DNA of 64,000 bases from Mytilus trossulus (lineage: Eukaryota), in NCBI RefSeq assembly GCF_036588685.1, contig NC_086376.1, positions 71,403,630 through 71,467,629 on the forward strand, written 5' to 3'. The stretch's first letter is position 1; each line of letters starts with the position of its first letter. Positions 49,101 through 60,829 of the stretch are shown here, one piece after another. Made by a program: the position numbers and the translations under genes. The notes under the pieces were generated by a model that did not search any database, was not told where the DNA came from, and saw only the letters and a program-made list of their open reading frames with translations.

Positions 49101-52100
49101 TTAAAAACTTTGAACATTGGAAATCTTTGAAGAAAAAGTTTGCCTTGTTCCCCAATCTCTTTGAAGAAAAAGTTTGCCTTGTTCCCCAATCTGTATTGTT
49201 TTATCAAACCACATACAAATGTATTTATAAAATTTGTTAAAGAAGTCAAATTTCTATTCAGACATCATAAAATGTCATCATGATTACAATAGTGGTTTGA
49301 AGTTTGAAAAAAAAGGTGCTTTATTTGTTCCTTACAACTTGGCATGACCCAGAAAACAATGCACAAAGATGAGTAACATTAATATATCTTTTTTTTAACA
49401 AAACAGAACTTTTTAAAAATAATTTGTCATTTATAAAATTACTTTAAAAAACATATAATACAATAAGATTACATTTTTTTTCTAAAAAAAAACCCACTAG
49501 GCCTGACAATTAATCAAACAGAAATCATAGTCTATTTCGATTATAATTGTGTCAAGAATACTAAAGCCCCATTCCTATTTGCTTATCACATACATTTTAA
49601 ACACTAATGAAAATCATTTCTTACAATATCAAATAACATGCAACTTAACATGCATAAATACTGTGTGTAACTGTACGCATAGAGAATTTCTGTAAATGTG
49701 ATAAAATAAACAGAACAGAAGAAGATACTCAAGCTGAGTTGTAGCTTAGTATATATAGTAATTGCAAAAAAACATGCATGTATCTTCCCTGAGTATTGTA
49801 TAAATATATGTACATGTAAAATACTCTTGGTAGAGAAAACTATTCATTTTTTTATGCATTGGCTAGAGGTATAGGGGAAGGTTGAGATCTCATATACATG
49901 TTTAACCCCGCCGCATTTTTGAGCCTGTCCCAAGTCAGGAGCCTCTGGCCTTTGTTAGTCTAGTATTATTTTTACTTTTAGTTTCTTGTGTACAATTTGG
50001 TGTTTAGTATGGCGTTCATTATCACTGAACTAGTATATATATTTGTTTAGGGGTCAGCTGAAGGACGCCTCCGGGTGCGGGAATTTCTTGTTGCCTTGAA
50101 GACCTGTTGGTGACCTTCTGCTGTTGTCTGCTCTATGGTCGGGTTGTTGTCTCTTTGACACATTCACCATTTCAATTCTCAATTTTATTATATGTATGAT
50201 GGTTATCACTTTTGAAGATTCACTTGATTAAAAGAAATGAAAGCTTCTCCAAAGATAAGTCTGATGATATCAAAATCAAAACCATTTCTTTTGAAAACAA
50301 AAAAATCATAATTTCCCCTCTTTTCTGATCAATGATATTGAATGTTTGTGAGTTGTTTTTCTATGGTTCAAGCTTTTAAAAAAAAGTTTAATCTAATTTG
50401 ATAAGCATTGTTCAATGCTGAAAATAATATCTTTATAATTCCATTACAAGAAGTTTACAACCCAAATGCAAAATAACTGCTTAAATGTTCCCATTTAAAA
50501 AAAAATGTCTCAATCTTTCAAAGAATTGACGAGATTTATATATATATATATTCAAAATAAAGTGAGAAACAAATATGCACTGACCAATGAGAATGAAGGA
50601 AAGAAAGTGCTATATTGTGTTATTGAAATTGTACTCAAATATTGTGAATGTTAAAAAATCCTTATCCATGTTGATTTGTGTTCAATGTTGTGTGTTAGAA
50701 ATAAAATCCTTATAAATGTTGTAATTATATTGGTTGCAATACATTACATTGATTTCCCATTTAAATAAAAACCGATAATTACAAATATGAAATAAACGTG
50801 GTTATTTCACTCTCTGATGTCATACAACAATAGGCGTTGTCAAGACGTCGATAACGGCGGATCAAAACAAATTGTGAATGCATAGGAAAAACATATAGTT
50901 CCTTACATTTTCTACATTAATGTCATAAAAAAAAACATTAGCCAATGTAATAAAAAGTATAACTAATCGCCGTATTTGAATATAAAAAATAAGACAATTT
51001 GTGACCGAACGCCGTTGTTCAGTCACACGTTGTCTAATATTTGATATTCGAATACAGCGACTAGTTATACTATAAATATTTGTGTTTAACATTGCGTGTT
51101 GAAAACAGATTTGTGTTAAATGTTGTGTGTTGAAAACAGATTTGTGTTAATTGTTGTGTGTTGGAAACAGATTTGTGTTAAATGTTGTGTGTTGAAAACA
51201 TTAGTAATAAACCACTCTGTTCTTACCTATCAACACTTTGTGTTAACGTATTAAGTCTGAAAATCACATGGAGCCAAAATGTTTATCAATTATCAGTACA
51301 AAATATAGTATTTCAAAGACTAATTAATGTTTGGTAACATGCATCATTCATTATTTAGGCATGCATAAAAGATAAGCAATCTTTAAGCCACTAAGAATAG
51401 AGCATGCAATATATCTGTGAAAATTTACATATTTAATCTAATTTCTAACGACCATTCTTTCTTAGGATTATTCAAAAGCAAGCATGGATATTTACGGTCA
51501 TGCATTTTCCTCCAAGCATTCTGGATATGCTATAAGCCATGTTACTTTGATAAAAATACCTTTGTGGACTACTCTTAGGTCTAATTTTACCACTTTTAGG
51601 CCTCCTTGAATAAATTGTATACATGTAGTTTTCACAATAAGATGACCATTGAAAAAAAAATATTTTAAGGGAAAAAAATTATTATAAACAGTTTTTCATT
51701 ATTCAAACATAAGAATACATACACATTTTTTATGAAACCATTCCCATTAAATACAATAGTAAATTTTATTGACTCTAAAACTGGTTGCTGTATCATTATG
51801 GCAGCCAAAAGTCACCTTTTATCCTATTTTATTCAACAAAAGGAAACTTTATTAGCAATTTTAATTTTTGAATAACATTATACACCTTAAATTCTACAAA
51901 ACCATAATACTTTTTATCACAGGAGCTTTAATCTCCAATAAAGTTCAATTTATTGGCGTAAAAAAAGTTTCTTTGAAATATCTTTGACATACTCTCAATC
52001 TACCCCCCTGGAAACTAGATATTGCTTTTGGATGAGAAGAAAAGTAAAGAGAACAACAGAAAAGTGATTTACCCCAACGGTCCAGTAGCATGAGCCCTAT

Positions 52101-55100
52101 ATAAACTTATCGAAGTTCATGTGATTAGAATAATTTCTGATATATAAAAATGCATGTTTGTTTTTTTTTGGTTTAAACAAGTCAAGAAGTCTTACCTTTC
52201 TACTGTTCCCATGGCACCTGCTTTTATTATTTTATCAGTTTTTTCTTGTTTTATTTCTGTATAACTAACTGGTCTATGTAGCTCTGCAGAATGAGGTATC
52301 AGTCCAAATTCTGAAGATTTTGTTGTAGTACTCTTATTGTCTTCCATGGACAAAGATCTATGTTGTATCTTAGCCCAGTCTCGTAAATCTCTCTCATCCT
52401 GCCAGTCCTCTGAGCTACTACTACTATCCTCCCCATTTTCTCCTATAAAAGAATCATGATGCTTTATACATAAACTTAATTTTCTGCAATTACAAGTAGT
52501 GTTTTGTTTTAAATTACCTGCAATTGGTAAGTTTTGTTTTTAATCTCACAAAGAGTTTCTATAAAACACAGGGTTTAAAACCAATACTGCCTATGTAGAA
52601 TGCAGGTAATTTCAATTTTAAATGTCACCTCATTTAAGGTTAATTAAATTACAGATAGGAAGACCCTGTCAGGTGCCATTTTATGTACCCTGGCAAATAG
52701 TGAAAGGATTAAACTGTCATAATGATGATACAATAGTTCACTGTGTTAGTACAGTGAGTGAGTGTAAATAAACTCATCTGACATAGATACCAGTCCTAAT
52801 TGAATTTTTAAATTTGTACTAGATGCATGTTTTGTATACAAAAGACTCATCAGTGACGCTCTAATCAAAAATGACAAGCAGTTGTAAGAAACTAGTGTAC
52901 AAAAGATTATAAGAAATGCTTATATGTCATATATTCATAGTCTTTTTCAAATTTGTACAATCAATGTTCTCCTAGTGATCAGCAATGTGAACATTAATAC
53001 ATATTTAAGTTAATGCTACATTTATACATACCATAAAAAAACCTACTTGTAGGTGAAAAAATACATACCGGTGCCCCCATTTAGACTAGTTGTGAGACGT
53101 CCTTGAGACTTGGCAAGAAGCATTTCTCTGAGGAATTTGAGAATTTCATTGGTTCCTTTCTCTATTATCTCCCCTGGAGGAAATTCTATTGGATTGCCAC
53201 TGATGTTTAGTCCATTTAATGATTTGATCAAACCTGCAAAGATATAAAAATCTCATACTATAACATTCATGAACATTTTGCTAAACTGTCAATTATAAGG
53301 TTTCATGGATAAAATTATTTGACACAAAGTTGTTTAAACAGTATAAATAAAATGGAGAATGGAAATGGGGAATGTGTTGAAGAGACAACAACCCGACCAA
53401 AGAGCAGAAAACAGCTGATTTTTTTTTTTTGAATTACACTGTATCAAAAATATTCAACAATAATGTAGATGTGTACAGTAATTGTTTTCTTAGATGTAGT
53501 TAATGCAGTGTGTCAAAGAACATACATGTAAGAAGCTAAGGTATCTAATCCATGTTGCTGTTTTAAATGTTTGCATGTCATTACAATGATTTATCCCTTA
53601 TGACTAAAAAGAAACAAAAAATTCAATATCGGCATTCAAGATTGTTTTTGAAAAGATGAATCTGCACTTCATTGTACTGTACTTGCTTACCCAATTCTAA
53701 TGGCAAACTACGTAAATTGTTTCCTTCCAGCAGAAGATTTCTAAGATTTTGATGTCTTCCAGTGTAAACACTTGGTAAACGTAGCAATCCATTTCTTCTT
53801 ATGTCCAACCACACAAGGTTAGGAAGTTTATCAAAGAAATCATCAGGCAGACTGCATAACTCATTCCCTTCCAAATACAGGTACTGAAATATACAAGAAA
53901 AATTGTCAACATTGTAACATACATGTACAAACCATATATATGCAAGATTTTTTACCCCTTATATATATATCTTATATTTTAATTTAAACATCAAATTTCT
54001 ATCTTGTCACCATGTTATTAATAATATTATATATAATATTATAAAGATGGCTAACCATAAGCTTTAATTTTTTCACAGTTACATGTATGCTATAAAGACT
54101 TTTGTCACAACAACCTACATGTAGGTCACACTTAAAAAATATCTTGTTTTATCTTAAGACAGGGACAGTGGGTAGGTACATGTAGAAGTAAAATGTACAT
54201 TGGGTTGGGTTTTTTTCTTTGGCAAAGCCAAATTGAATTTGAAGTGACATATGCTTTTCAGTCTTCATGCCTATCTGTAGGGTTGGGGCAAACAAGCATG
54301 TTTTTTTTCATGGCCCTAGCAAAAATTGTGAACTTACAAAATGTAAATATATTTAATGTTATTGACGGTTTACCCAAGAAGCTTATAATCTGCGGCTAGA
54401 TCAAAGAAATTTTAAATATTTTCTGAAGTACATTTGCTTTATTCTTTATTCATGTGCAAAATTGGGGCAAGTGTTTTTTTCTTGTTTGCCTCATGTATCT
54501 GATTGATAACTTTTTGTGCAAGACCATGTTAGGTTTTCATCTTGTTTAAAAAATTAGTAAATTTGTAGATTACCAGTACAATGTATGTCAACTTATTAGT
54601 CACATGTCATGTATGTGAACGATCATGAGACATACATGTAGGTACAAATGTTTAAGATAAAGATGCCTACTTAAAACGCTCAGGATGCATGAAAACTGTG
54701 TTTAACACTTTCCAAAAAATTTAACAAATAAAGAATCTGTATCTTTACTTCTGTAATTTTTAGCATGAAAATTAAGTAAATTTTCAATGATTATTAGGAA
54801 CTCACACAAGGCATGCTGGGGATCTTAACCAGTGTTTAATCATGCACAACTTATAAACATCATGTTGAATGTTGGCAATATTTAGAAGAAGTGTAGAGAA
54901 TTTGTGTATTGCTAGAGGAGAGGTAATTTACTAATTCATTACCTCTAATTGAGATAGTTCTAAGAGTTCACTGGGTATTTGTCGCACACCCTTTGATCCT
55001 AGATCTAAAGTGTTTGAGCCTAGGGCTTTAGTTTGACCGATAATCTTTAAAATCAACTCTTCGGCCTTTTTTGTTTTTGCTATTCCTCTTTCAGTGGGCG

Positions 55101-55248
55101 TTTCTGTAGGAACATTGTCATAGGATTCGACTGGAGTTGCAGTGTCAAGTCTTTCGATTTCGCTTGATTCTGATTCTTCCGAACCAGACTCCTCCTCCTC
55201 ATTGTCATCTACGTATCTGTCTTCGAGCTGCTGTTTTATATGCATCAT
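34124..55248 (-). CDS. LRRC27: Leucine-rich repeat protein, LRRC27-like (N-terminal LRRs, charged C-terminal coiled coil)
   Basis: Core exons 55248-54943, 53883-53691, 53233-53069, 52442-52196, 46958-46800, 46553-46465, 45998-45916, 45346-45270, 43533-43407 and 34237-34124. They total 1560 nt (519 aa) with consistent phases. LRRs include LYLEGNELCSLP, LVWLDIRRNGLLRLP and LRNLLLEGNNLRSLPLELG, with the cap LNISGNPIEFPP. The C-terminus contains LEYRFRAFT. The orthology call is from recalled similarity. Confidence 0.85.
38962..39148. repeat. ~37-38-bp minisatellite x5 (TTATCTCCCTTGTTAAGTATCTAAATGAGAAATYACA)
   Basis: Five near-identical tandem units. Confidence 0.92.
40667..40938. mobile_element. 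272-bp MITE, TAA TSD (PIF/Harbinger-type)
   Basis: GGTGGTACCTAACAC ... GTGTTAGGTACCACC TIRs, with TAA on both flanks. Confidence 0.8.
40943..42170 (-). mobile_element. HINE/Helentron-type element with internal ~146-bp tandem array
   Basis: Ends AACAAGAGTGCACACGCTGAAATGTCT and GTCGAGC..TGCAAC-AAAA-GTTGCA..GCTCTACAAAAA, with a GCCGCC microsatellite. About 7 units contain CCATGAAAATGAGGTCAAGGTCA. End fragments of the same family lie at about 29490-29530 and 29980-30020. Confidence 0.8.
42399..42482 (-). CDS. Candidate alternative 3' exon of the LRRC27-like gene (VKNLQKDLLKRYQELKAWTTGYIIVTL*)
   Basis: TTTGTCCAG acceptor, phase 0 like the 34237 exon, and continues the helical heptad pattern. There is a possible internal phase-1 donor after 42422. 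Confidence 0.55.
   Translation of the reverse strand: MKNLQKDLLKRYQELKAWTTGYIIVTL
47701..51256 (-). CDS. Four candidate phase 2-2 cassette exons of the LRRC27-like gene
   Basis: 51256-51227 (30 nt), 48970-48884 (87 nt), 48263-48168 (96 nt) and 47811-47701 (111 nt). Each is flanked by AG and GT, has a length divisible by 3 and is stop-free in the required frame. Confidence 0.65.
51095..51200. repeat. 31-bp minisatellite (about 3.5 copies) just intron-ward of the 30-nt micro-exon donor
   Basis: TGTGTTGAAAACAGATTTGTGTTAAATGTTG units. A degenerate relative lies at about 50650-50720. Confidence 0.85.
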
Positions 55249-55364
55249 ATTCTTGTTCGTATCATTCAGAACTTAATTTTAATATCCAATTACAAAAGGA
55301 GACATTTTCCACATGGTATATCGAAAATCATAACAATCATGGCGGCTGATACAACCCAATCACT

Positions 55365-55780
55365 ATGACGATCATGATCATGTGACAAAACTTTATGATT
55401 TTCAAGCAAACTCCGAAACAGTGGTGACATCTGGCTACGCTTCTTTACAGAGAAAGGGAAGTATGACCCGAACGATAACGCTGTATGGAGTTTGGATTTT
55501 CAAGTACAAGCTTTCACAAAAGCTTGCTTTACCATAAACACAAATTTGGAAGAAAAAGGTGAAAGCCTAAAATTCGTTATTTCATACTTTTTTCTGTGAA
55601 TCAATCACACTCAGAAGCTTAATGACGATCATGATCATGTGACAAAACTTTGTGATTTCAAGTATAAGCTTTCATAAAAGCTTGACTTACCATAATACAA
55701 ATTTTGAAATAAAAAGGTGATAGCCTCTTGATTCGTTATTTCGTACTTTTTTCTGTATCTCAATCAGATTCAGAAGCTTT
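55365..55780. repeat. Tandem duplication (~160 bp) upstream of the LRRC27-like start; first copy interrupted by a MITE
   Basis: ATGACGATCATGATCATGTGACAAAACTTT...CAGAAGCTT at 55365-55620 and 55622-55779. Confidence 0.88.
55407..55494. mobile_element. 88-bp MITE with 10-bp TSD (Mutator-like TSD length)
   Basis: CAAACTCCGAAACAG ... CTGTATGGAGTTTG imperfect TIRs. GATTTTCAAG at 55397-55406 and 55495-55504. The insert is absent from the neighbouring duplicate. Confidence 0.82.
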
Positions 55781-56489
55781 GATAAAAATAAAACTCAAAT
55801 ACTGTATGGTTTGGTGTGCTTTACAATAAACTAACATCAGAAGTCATGATTTTCTAATGGACTTCTGCTAACATATGTCCTTGTTAAGGTGTTACTGGAC
55901 TAGCTTTTTACTGAAATGTGCAAATTATGTGAGAATATTGTAAAGTTAACATGTTAGACTTTTCGTCTAAATGAAGGAAATTATGTGTGTCATCATACAG
56001 TTACGCTTTATCATTCTCAAATGAGGGGAGATAACTCAGATAATGTAGCTTTTGTACTGGAATGTGTTACAAACTCATCTATTTTTAATTATAAAAAGAC
56101 AATGAGTCCTGCGACCCTCATTGTGATTTTTATTTTCGAAAGCTGACCATCTTCTCATATTTTACCAAGTAGTTAAGTTTTCTTTTTATCACGCAAAGTC
56201 GTGTTTTCAATGAACAATCTATACAAAATCTAATAATTTTGCACAACTTGTAGCTTGAAAAAAAAACCAGAAACCCATTTTTTTTTAAATTTTATATTTG
56301 AAAAAGACCACTATGTGAACTACGCTTTGGCATATCATTTAAAAATCTATTTTTTTTTTTTTTATTTAGTCTACCTATTTTTATCTTATATTTGACAATT
56401 TTTGGATATAAAAACTTTTTCTGAAAACATATGAGAAAGGCCTGTCGTCTTCTGTAAAATGGCAAGCAGGAGAACCACAACAAACAAAT

Positions 56490-56665
56490 TTGTGGATGAT
56501 GGCCGGTCGAGCGAAACTTTACGAGAAAAGAGAGGATTTCAGAACTTCATTTCAATCTATATGTAGCAACATTCCAACATCCGGCCTGTCACGATGATAT
56601 AGAGACTGAGTATATACATTTCACAGTTAGGTCCAATATTCCTGAGGCTGTTTTTCCTATCATTC
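56490..56665 (+). mobile_element. Short decayed Penelope-like RT fragment
   Basis: Degenerate KLYEKREDF...ICSNIP...YISQL segment, matching the motif series also seen at 60950-61140. Confidence 0.55.
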
Positions 56666-56694
56666 ATCAATTTAATTTTCCTATATACAAAATT

Positions 56695-57045
56695 ACTTAC
56701 TTACTTAATCCTCTTCGTGCATACTTGCACATGAGGCCACTACCAACGCCCTCCACTGTTGCCTGTCTTGTGCCTTTCTTTCGGCTTCTCCCCATGTCAT
56801 TCCCATGGCTCTTAGTTCGCTTTCTATTGTACGTCGCCATGTCTCTTAAGGTCTTCCTCTCTTTCTTTTCCCCTCTGCTGGTGTCCAAAGAAGAGCTATC
56901 CTTGTGATGTCATGTTTGTCTTTCCGTAGAACATGGCCTATCCATTTCCATCGCCTTTCTTTAATTTCAACTCTGATGTCTCGTTGTAAGGTTAGGGTGT
57001 ATAGATCTTTATTACTGATGGTTTTTGGCCAGAAGATTATACAAA
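56695..57045 (-). mobile_element. RTE-clade LINE 3' fragment
   Basis: [13 protein letters not shown]...[20 protein letters not shown]...[19 protein letters not shown], followed by a frameshifted TWRRT segment and a short (TAAG)n-like tail. Confidence 0.85.
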
Positions 57046-57059
57046 AGATATACAAAATT

Positions 57060-58500
57060 AGCCATATGATCTTTTTGTAAATCATTTCGGAATCTTTATC
57101 TGATGATATTGTGAGGTACGCTATTGTATCGTCTGCAAATATTCGGACGTTGGTTTTAATCCCATCTGAGATGTCGTTGGTGTAGAATAGAAATAATGTA
57201 GGCCCGATTACAAAACCTTATGGACCGGTCAATATTTTATTGGGGTTAGGACCGGTGCAAAACGCAGTAGGACACACATTTTTTTTACTTAGTTTTTGAT
57301 AGGAATTCTACTTTTTTAGTTTTAAGCACTGTTAGGACAGCAATACTTTTATAACATATGTATGAATGTAGAAAATAGGCTACACAAACCTAACTTCAAC
57401 AAAATAAACAAGATTAATTGAGAGACAAACAAGTAAAAACAAAGGAAATACAATCTTAAGTCTAGACATTAATAATCACGTAATGCTTTTAAAAAGGTTG
57501 AAAAAAAATATACGTGTACATTAAAAAAAAATAATACATCACGGTAATAACAAAAAAACACAAAAAACAAATGTTACCAAATACCGATTCTGGCGCAATA
57601 TTTACAATGCAAACCATATGGGAGAGAAGTTAACCTCATTGGTGTATGAAGTCACTATGGAGTACGAGTAGTAGTAGTAGTTACCAAATTACCGATTCTG
57701 GCGCAATATGTATAATGCAAACCATATGGGATAGAAGTTAACCTCCTTGGTGTATGAAGTCACTATGGAGTAAAAAGAGAACAGTGATGGGGCGCGATTT
57801 TAATAATTGATATGATATACTGCCATCAGTGTGGTACAAATAACCAAATGCAAATCATTAAATAAAGGTAGGATTTAATAAAATAAACATCTTTAAAAAT
57901 AAGGAAAACTATTTAACAATAAAACATTATGAGTAGAAAATTAACTTCGGAAAAAAAACCAGTCAAAGATGACCTTGTAATAAGTGCCTTTTACAGTTCT
58001 GACAGTGATAATAGCAATGATGATAATAATACTAATGATGAATACAGTAGTAATAATAGTAAATGTAAATAGTAAATAGGAAATAAGTTAAAATTCCAGA
58101 CAAATTCAAAGACTACTATATATGATCTATGTTAATCTGATAAAAAAAAATGAAGTTACAATCTGTTTGATTTATTCATAGATTAGATAGGACATATACT
58201 TATTTAGTAGACATTTAATATAGGACAGAAACATTTTTGGTATATTCAGAGGGTAGGACAAAGATTTCTTTTAAGGGAGAAATATGAATTGCACAGGTCC
58301 CAACCCCAAATAAATATTGACAGGTTCCTTAGGGTACTGCAGACTCTACATCAGAATGAGAATGAGTTGAGCTTTATCCATCCACTGTCCGACAAGACAG
58401 AAGGAGAGCGATCCACTTATTGACAAAGTGAGTACGGCTGTTTGATATCCTATGCTCATGTTGTTGGTTATATCGTCAATAAATTCAATCAACTGGGTTT
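57060..58500 (-). pseudogene. Decayed CR1/L2-group reverse transcriptase fragment split by a TIR element
   Basis: 58500-58329 encodes TQLIEFIDDITNNM...VESAVP*. 57220-57060 continues [35 protein letters not shown] (the GVPQG and FADD motifs). Confidence 0.8.
57221..58328. mobile_element. 1.1-kb non-autonomous PIF/Harbinger-type element (TTA TSD) nested in the RT relic
   Basis: Imperfect ~40-bp TIRs: TGGACCGGTCAATATTTTATTGGGGTTAGGACCGGTGCAA versus reverse complement GGAACCTGTCAATATTTATTTGGGGTTGGGACCTGTGCAA. TTA at 57218-57220 and 58329-58331. Internal ~90-bp duplication at about 57573 and 57680. Confidence 0.8.
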
Positions 58501-59290
58501 ACAATAAGACAATAAGACAATAAGACAATATTTTATTCGCACAAACACATTTACATTAAATGGTTATGGCATACAAAATTAAGACAATAAACGTACAATA
58601 GTTAAATTGATTACAATTATATTAGAGTGACAGTGGTATTCATAACAAAGAAGAAAAAAGGCTATAAATATCAACAGTTAACACATTATTAATGTTCATG
58701 AACAATTGAAAAAAGAGCACAAACAAAAATTAGGTTGGCATTGCATATTAAAAGAAATACAAGTTATACAGATGTTCTTAATAAAAGACAATCATTAATA
58801 TACTTTATGGTGATTTTTATAATGACTGGTAGACTGCTATTTAAAAGTACAGTCAAATGCTTAAGTGTTATAGTGGACTGTAATTTAATAAAATTGAAAT
58901 TAAGATTTTTATTAATATTTTGTATATAGGTATCCCTTAATGATGAATAACATGGACAGATTGAGAAGAAATGGTATTCATCCTCAATTTCTTGTCTGTT
59001 ACAGGATAAGCAAATGCGTTTACTTCTTTCAATGTTGGTATAACGCCCTCTTTCAATTGCTAGGGAATGTGCACTTAGTTTAAATTTACTGAAAACTGAT
59101 CGGTCAGTTTTGAATTTACATATATCAATATATGGGGGCCTTTTCCTAATTCTTTTCGTATGACAAAAGAAATTTAATTTTTCACATTTATTGATAGAAC
59201 AATTTATAATTTGATAAGCCTGGTCATAGATTCTTTGTTGGATACTATTTATGTGATATTTTAAATTAAAAGTATCAAAAGTTACATGAA
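58500..59290 (-). mobile_element. 5'-truncated LINE 3' end with C-terminal Cys/His motif and (TATTGTCT)n tail
   Basis: The minus strand encodes RSVFSKFKLSAHSLAIERGRYTNIERSKRICLSCNRQEIEDEYHFFSICPCYSSLRDTY. AATAAA is followed by an 8-nt tandem tail at 58501-58530. Confidence 0.82.
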
Positions 59291-60829
59291 TTTTTTTCTG
59301 CGAAAACCGTACATTATTGTAAAGGGTATAAAATGATGTGGAGTTTTACAAGTTTCAAAATCTGGCTTGTTATTCATGATATATTCCATGAAATTGTAGC
59401 AGATGGGTGTGAGATATCTCTCACCTTTATTGAAAACGGAAATGTTATACGAATGTCATGGTGAGAGGTTTAGATTTCTATAAAACCAGGTTTAATCCAC
59501 CATTTTCTGCATAAGAAAATGCCTGTTCCAAGTCTGTTATCTATTCGTGAGATGTGTTGAGCTTTTGATTTTGCCTTTTGTTTACAGACTTTCCGTTTTG
59601 AAATTCAGTTGAGTTCAGTATTTGTTTTTCTTTTCTACATTCCTACAATCATATTTTACTTCCCCGGTTTTAAGTGATTTTGTAAAGATAATAGTTATAC
59701 TTGGTGCTATCTCGTTTGCTAGTTCTTTTAATGGTTTCAGAGGTTATGAACCTGATGCTAAATTTGGATACATTTTTGGAAAATATTCAGCATTACATTT
59801 TCTGTGATATTGAGCTATTCCGCTGATGGGTATTGGCCTAGCATATGATGAGATTTGAATTTATTTGAACTACAACTTTCCTTGAAAAGACTGCAGATTG
59901 AAACTGCTTATTCAGGATGGTAGCTTGGTTTACATGATGAAAGTGTAGAACTTCAGCACAACGCCGCTGGTTTCCGTCACAATATTAGAATAATTTGTTT
60001 GAAAATGTAGTAGATCCTACCCCATTTCTGAATGTTTCAAATCGTATTTTAGGACTGAGCTGTAGACAAATAGACAAGAAATGTTCAGTTGTTATGTTGC
60101 ATTTGTTAACTTGTTACAGGTTCTCTAATGTAAATCACAAATTTAACATTGTAAATAAATTGACCTTTGGATCGACTTGAGAGTCTGCAAATTAAACATC
60201 ATCAAAGATACTAGACTAATTATTGAATACGTTAGACGCGCATTTCGTCTACACAAGACTAGAAAAGTATAACAATATGTCTGACCAAAAGTTTAGGTCA
60301 TAAGATGGCATACAAGCCATCTCTTCAAGAAAATAAAATCTACATCTAGTTGCTTGTATCATTCGCCTAGCAAACATTTGCAATATTAACGAAGAAGCAC
60401 AACTTCTGCTCGATCAACATAAGACATATAGTTTACACAACACAACACAACACAACATAGGAAACTAAAGACTGAGCAAACACCAGAGAATGACATCAGG
60501 TAATCAAGAAATTACATATCCTGGTTTACATCTGGCACATGTCGTGCTGCCGTGACATGGAAGTACAAACTCAATGATAAGTCTAATCAAGTACTAGTAC
60601 CTCACATTCGAGAAAAAGATAACGATATTATTGTTATATTATAGTTCGTTTCTATGCGTGTTACCTTTTAATGTTGTGTAACTTGTGTTTCTATTGTGTT
60701 GTAGTACTCTTATATTTGATGAGTTTCTCTCAATTTCCGTTTGCAACCCGGATTTGCTTTTCCCTCAATCGATTTATGAATTTTGAGCAGCGATATACTG
60801 TTGCCTTTATTTTATGGTTACCATTTTTT

